Source: Candidatus Thorarchaeota archaeon
GTDB taxonomy: Archaea > Asgardarchaeota > Thorarchaeia > Thorarchaeales > Thorarchaeaceae
NCBI GenBank assembly: GCA_016933575.1
Contig: JAFGAR010000005.1
Location: 36,127 to 100,126, forward strand
DNA: 64,000 nt
Reading direction: 5' to 3'
The first letter of the stretch is position 1, and each line of letters starts with the position of its first letter. The translations under genes and the position numbers were made by a program. Below the pieces are notes generated by a model. It was given only the letters and a program-made list of their open reading frames with translations, did no database searches and was not told the DNA's origin. This document shows, piece after piece, positions 59,846 to 64,000 of the stretch.

Positions 59846-61801
59846 GTGAATATTATGACGCAAGAAACAAGACCTTACGGTTTATGGGATCCCATTGTGA
59901 CTCCTGAAGAAATCTATTTGGATACCACCTTCTTCTTCAATACTTTCGCTGATGAAAAAGGGCTCTATTACTGGGCTGAGCTCCGACCACAAGAAAATGG
60001 CAGAGTTGTGGTTGTGAAATGTGATAGAAAGGGGCTCATCAGAGATATCAGTCCACTAAATTCAAACGTTCGAACCAGATTGCATGAGTATGGTGGAAGA
60101 GCATTTGCCGTCCACAATGATGTACTCTACTATTCAAATTTTCGCGACCAACGGCTCTACAGACACGAACTTGCAAACGATGCCACTCCTGTTCCGATTA
60201 CGCCCAAACGATGCGAAGATGGGTCGTTAGGGAAATATGCGGCACCTACTATCTCCCCTGATGGAGCTACTTTGATATTTCTTTTTGAGAAGGAATTTGA
60301 AGATAGAGAAAATGAGAATTACATTGCAGCAATCAATCTCAAGAAACCATTTCCTCAAGAACCAATCATACTTGTTTCAGGAAGCGATTTCTATGCAAAT
60401 CCTGTACTCTCCTCTGATGGAAAGCGGATTGCTTGGACTCAATGGAATCATCCCCATATGCCATGGGATCAGTCGGAGCTCTGGCACGCTCAATTCAATA
60501 GCATGAAAATCTCTATTGAATCCGCAAAGAAGGCAGTGGGAGAATCAAATACGTCGATTGGCTTCCATTCCTTCGGACCGAGCGGGAGACTATTCTTCAT
60601 AATGGATCAAGCTGGCCATGAAACTGATGATCCGAAAAATTGGTGGAATATCTATTCCTACAAGAATGGAGCAGTCGAAGTAATAACTCAGGAACTAGCT
60701 GAGTTTGGAGTCCCAATGTGGTCTGTCGGTAATAATCGCTACGTAGTGGTTAGAGATGCAATCTTCGCAATCTGCCACAAGGGCGGAGGAGATCAACTTG
60801 CTCATATATCCCTTAAATCAAAAGAGATATCGTGGATTAGGCTACCATATGATTCTCTATGGATGATTCAAAAAGGGCATGATGATTCTTTATTGCTTCT
60901 GGCAGAAGGTCCTGATCGACCTCCTGCAATTATCACGTTTAGTATCAAAACTCAGGAGATACATCATCTAAAAGAGGGCTATAAAATGCCCTTTGATTCA
61001 GAGTATGTTTCAAAACCAACGACTATTGAATTTCCTACGCAGGATGGAGAACACGCGTATGCGTTATTCTATGAACCTCTAAATCCGAATTTTCGTTCAT
61101 CAGCAGACTCCAATCCTCCCTTACTTGTAAAGGTTCATGGAGGACCAACTGGGTCTGCGTCGAGCTCCTTGTCGTTGGTGAACCAATTCTGGACTTCTAT
61201 GGGCTATGCCATTATTGATGTGGATCATAGAGGTAGTACAGGTTACGGTCGAAAATACAGGGATAAGATCCTTGGTCAATGGGGTATAATCGATGCGATG
61301 GACGTACGTGATGGAATTGACTATCTGTTGAAGCATGATAAAGTGTCTCAGAAGATTGCAATTCGGGGAGGAAGTGCTGGTGGATATGCAGTTCAAAGAT
61401 GTCTTACCATGTTTCCTGATCTCTTCCAGGCTGGAGCAAGTTATTTTGGGATTGGAAACTTGGTTACGCTTGCCAAACTAACTCACAAATTCGAGTCGCG
61501 ATATTTGGACTCTCTCCTCGGTGCTTCACTTGAGGAAGATGAAGGTGTTTACAGAGAGCGGTCTCCCATAAATCATCTAGAAAACCTAAGAGCCCCTATG
61601 ATTCTATTTCAGGGTTTGGAGGACAAAGTAGTCACCCCAGAGGTTAGTCAAGAAATAGCGAAGTTGTTGGATGAACGGGGGATAAAACACGAGTACAAGG
61701 AGTATGAGGGAGAAGGTCATGGTTTTATTAGAAAAGAAAACAATATCGATGCTTTGAAGAGAGAGTCCCAGTTCTACCGTGAAGTGTTCTTCAATATCTA
61801 A
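59846..61801 (+). CDS. S9 prolyl oligopeptidase-family peptidase
   Basis: RTRLHEYGG, W.HP.MPWD, HGGP, RGSTGYGR, GGSAGG, QG.EDKVV, EGHGF. Confidence 0.95.
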   Translation: MNIMTQETRPYGLWDPIVTPEEIYLDTTFFFNTFADEKGLYYWAELRPQENGRVVVVKCDRKGLIRDISPLNSNVRTRLHEYGGRAFAVHNDVLYYSNFRDQRLYRHELANDATPVPITPKRCEDGSLGKYAAPTISPDGATLIFLFEKEFEDRENENYIAAINLKKPFPQEPIILVSGSDFYANPVLSSDGKRIAWTQWNHPHMPWDQSELWHAQFNSMKISIESAKKAVGESNTSIGFHSFGPSGRLFFIMDQAGHETDDPKNWWNIYSYKNGAVEVITQELAEFGVPMWSVGNNRYVVVRDAIFAICHKGGGDQLAHISLKSKEISWIRLPYDSLWMIQKGHDDSLLLLAEGPDRPPAIITFSIKTQEIHHLKEGYKMPFDSEYVSKPTTIEFPTQDGEHAYALFYEPLNPNFRSSADSNPPLLVKVHGGPTGSASSSLSLVNQFWTSMGYAIIDVDHRGSTGYGRKYRDKILGQWGIIDAMDVRDGIDYLLKHDKVSQKIAIRGGSAGGYAVQRCLTMFPDLFQAGASYFGIGNLVTLAKLTHKFESRYLDSLLGASLEEDEGVYRERSPINHLENLRAPMILFQGLEDKVVTPEVSQEIAKLLDERGIKHEYKEYEGEGHGFIRKENNIDALKRESQFYREVFFNI

Positions 61802-61835
61802 CAATTGTTGGAATCCTTCACGAAATCAGAAGTAG

Positions 61836-61910
61836 TGGTGGGCCGGACGTGATTTGAACACGTGAGTCGGCGGTAGATGGGAAATCCATCCATCTCCACC
61901 GCACTGTAGG
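61836..61910 (-). pseudogene. tRNA 3'-half remnant containing a 30-nt intron at 46/47 (61866-61895); possibly Val(TAC)-derived
   Basis: ..CCTACAG-TGCGG-TGG[intron]TC-ACGTG-TTCAAAT-CACGT-CCGGCCC-ACCA; BHB CGGT-GG^A...GCCG-AC^T; no 5' half present. Confidence 0.7.
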
Positions 61911-62022
61911 GAAATATTATAGCGGTTGAAAACTAGTATTTTTTTCAGGAATATATTGAAATCTATGGAGGGGCATCCATCTGAAACTTGTATATTGTTG
62001 TGTATCTATTGTCTTTCTTCTA

Positions 62023-62676
62023 TTGATAACTTCATCATTTCTTACATCAATTGGAGTATCAGAGGACCAGGTTTCAGGTCAGGGCTTGTACTGGAACCTT
62101 GAGATTGGACAGAAGATGACATATTCAACACAGGTAACAATGACTCAAACGGTCACATCATTGAACTTGGTTCATAATGGGATGTATACTATTACAATTG
62201 ACTCTATTCCTGATATTCCAGATTCTCCAGCTTCTTTTGAAACGGTTAGAATTACTAGTTCAAGCGAATATGTGAGTATGGATGCAGATTACTATGCCAA
62301 TCGAGTCTGGTATGCCGTACCTATTGGAAATTGGAGTCTTTGTTCATCACTAATTATGAACCAAACCACGGATACACATTCTTATTCCATACTTGAGAAT
62401 GACGATACTTGGGGTTTTTCAGAAACTGTTGACTGGGAAGGATGTTGTGGGATGCATATTCAATATGTTACCACCATGTTCAGTAAGATTGATGGAGTAC
62501 TTCAACAATACCGAAACGAGCTTTCAGGCATAGACGATTTTAACGAAACAATCTTCGTAATACGAACAGCTCAAGATCAGACCAGTCTTATTATAATAGC
62601 AACTCTTTCCTTGTCTGGAGTATTTATTATTGTGATACTTTTGATTTGGAAACAAAGAACGAGTATGAAGAAGTAA
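62023..62676 (+). CDS. single-repeat surface protein of the same family as 58183-59682
   Basis: GLYWNLEIG...VPIGNWSL...WGF...FSKIDGVL, C-terminal TM; true start may lie upstream. Confidence 0.7.
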   Translation: MITSSFLTSIGVSEDQVSGQGLYWNLEIGQKMTYSTQVTMTQTVTSLNLVHNGMYTITIDSIPDIPDSPASFETVRITSSSEYVSMDADYYANRVWYAVPIGNWSLCSSLIMNQTTDTHSYSILENDDTWGFSETVDWEGCCGMHIQYVTTMFSKIDGVLQQYRNELSGIDDFNETIFVIRTAQDQTSLIIIATLSLSGVFIIVILLIWKQRTSMKK

Positions 62677-62677
62677 A

Positions 62678-62710
62678 TGGTGGGCCGGACGTGATTTGAA
62701 CACGTGACCA
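62678..62710 (-). repeat. intron-less tRNA 3'-end remnant (att-like repeat)
   Basis: TGGTGGGCCGGACGTGATTTGAACACGTGA identical to 61836-61865; the next CCA equals 61896-61898 across the spliced junction. Confidence 0.9.
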
Positions 62711-63339
62711 AAGATTTTTCTGGAATACAAAGATGGCAATCTTGTATTGAGGTGATTCATCATTAGTATAGCAATTATTGGTTCAACATTGTACAATCTT
62801 AAAATCACTCAAATAATATATAATCCCTCCATTCCAAAATTAATGCAAAATCAAATGCTATAATATTAATAGAGATTGCATTTGATTCGATTTTATCGTT
62901 GAATTAGAATAACCTGCATTTTGAGTAATCTAGGATTATTTATCATTCAAACTCTGACATTGAACTCTGATCTTCATAACCAATGGGTTCATCTGACTCG
63001 CATCTTGTATTCTTGATGAATGCAAGATTCTCTCTATTTTTGCTACTCATGATATAACATCTAGAGAATACGTAATGTTAGTGCAGTTTTGTACCATACT
63101 CTATGTAAGAAGCTCAACATCACTATTTCATACTGTCTTCCGGATTACGATAATCAAAACTTAGATACTTCCCCGGATTTGTTGTCTGTTTACTAACTAA
63201 GAAGGTCTGATATTGGACTTCTAATAACATGGAAAACATTATGCATTTCTTTTCACAGTATCTATTGAGACAAGACAATGTTCAATGAGGGCAAGTCTAC
63301 TACGCCTTTCGTGTTCTTTAAGAAAAAGGAGAAATATGG

Positions 63340-64000
63340 ATGAACGAAGAGAATGAATCAGGTTCTTGGATGCTCAAGGGTATCATTGTGCTATTTCTGA
63401 CTATATTTCCAACAGCAGGTGTCTTTGTTGTACTCATGCTTATTCCTTGGATGCCTCTGGAATGGTATGGTCCGACCTTACTTTTATCAGGTCTCACATT
63501 TCTCATTGGCGGAGGGATTCTACTCGAAAATAAAGAAGTCAAATTATGGCTTTACTCCCTCCTTGTCGGACTATTGATTGGAGTAGGCAGTATCATTCTA
63601 GCAACCCTCCATCTCTTGTCAACAATTCCTATCCCCATCTTTGGAAATGCATTCTATGCTGCAATGGCAGGGCTCGCAGGTGTTGGATTTCTATTCTTAC
63701 TATATTGGACAACCAATCAAAGCGCCACTCAGACCAGTCTGGTCGCCTCATCTAACAAATCATTTGTAGAATCAAGACAGATTTTCCAGAGCCATTTCTT
63801 ACAGAACAGACCCGATGAGGTACTAGCAATCGAAGTTATTGAAGTCCCTCATGACCATATCTTTGTAGAGGAAGGTGTGTCACCCACTGTATCTATCGAG
63901 CGATTCTACAGCATTATTAGGACTTTATTTTCAACACCTTTTGCAATCCGCTATCAGAGAGTCCACGGTACTACCCGTATCTTCTTCCTGACATGGTCAA
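63340..64000 (+). CDS. hypothetical membrane protein (4 N-terminal TMs then a soluble domain), 3'-truncated by window edge
   Basis: Manual translation open from ATG 63340 (AAGGAG upstream) to window end. Confidence 0.7.
   Translation, partial: MNEENESGSWMLKGIIVLFLTIFPTAGVFVVLMLIPWMPLEWYGPTLLLSGLTFLIGGGILLENKEVKLWLYSLLVGLLIGVGSIILATLHLLSTIPIPIFGNAFYAAMAGLAGVGFLFLLYWTTNQSATQTSLVASSNKSFVESRQIFQSHFLQNRPDEVLAIEVIEVPHDHIFVEEGVSPTVSIERFYSIIRTLFSTPFAIRYQRVHGTTRIFFLTWS

Noticed and set aside
1-64000. CRISPR arrays, rRNA, transposases, integrases, defence systems
   Set aside because: No regularly spaced repeat-spacer array, rRNA-like segment or recombinase/transposase motif recognised

Overview
Archaeal chromosomal window, most likely from an Asgard archaeon (Thorarchaeota-like). 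This assignment is an inference from the co-occurrence of ribophorin-I-like, arrestin-like, longin-like and topoisomerase IB genes with a TACK/Asgard-type information-processing gene order. Core clusters: nmd3-aIF1A-rio1-KH-top6B-top6A (1-5.4 kb); gcvPA/PB-SAMP-MtaB (11.6-16.6 kb); and the minus-strand superoperon rnp4-yhbY-rps19e-pdcd5-rpl39e-rpl31e-aIF6-rplX-pfdA-ftsY-(argF-pfkB)-ftsZ-secE-spt5-rpl11-rpl1-rpl10-rpl12 (29-40.6 kb). There are six complete CCA-encoding tRNA genes and three tRNA 3'-end remnants. Highlights: (1) seven 30-36 nt bulge-helix-bulge (BHB) tRNA introns, all at non-canonical sites, including a three-intron tRNA-Gly(GCC) with a 5-nt exon, and an intron-containing and an intron-less copy of the same tRNA 3' end 842 bp apart; (2) single-gene, ~0.8 kb cassettes bounded by tRNA 3'-end direct repeats; (3) a 995-aa DOMON[FKBP-inserted]-Ig-ribophorin-I fusion divergent from an ALG7/AglH-like gene; (4) Spt5 with an inserted zinc finger, an SSB with an RGG tail, and candidate structured RNAs. 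All calls come from manual motif reading; no database searches were run.
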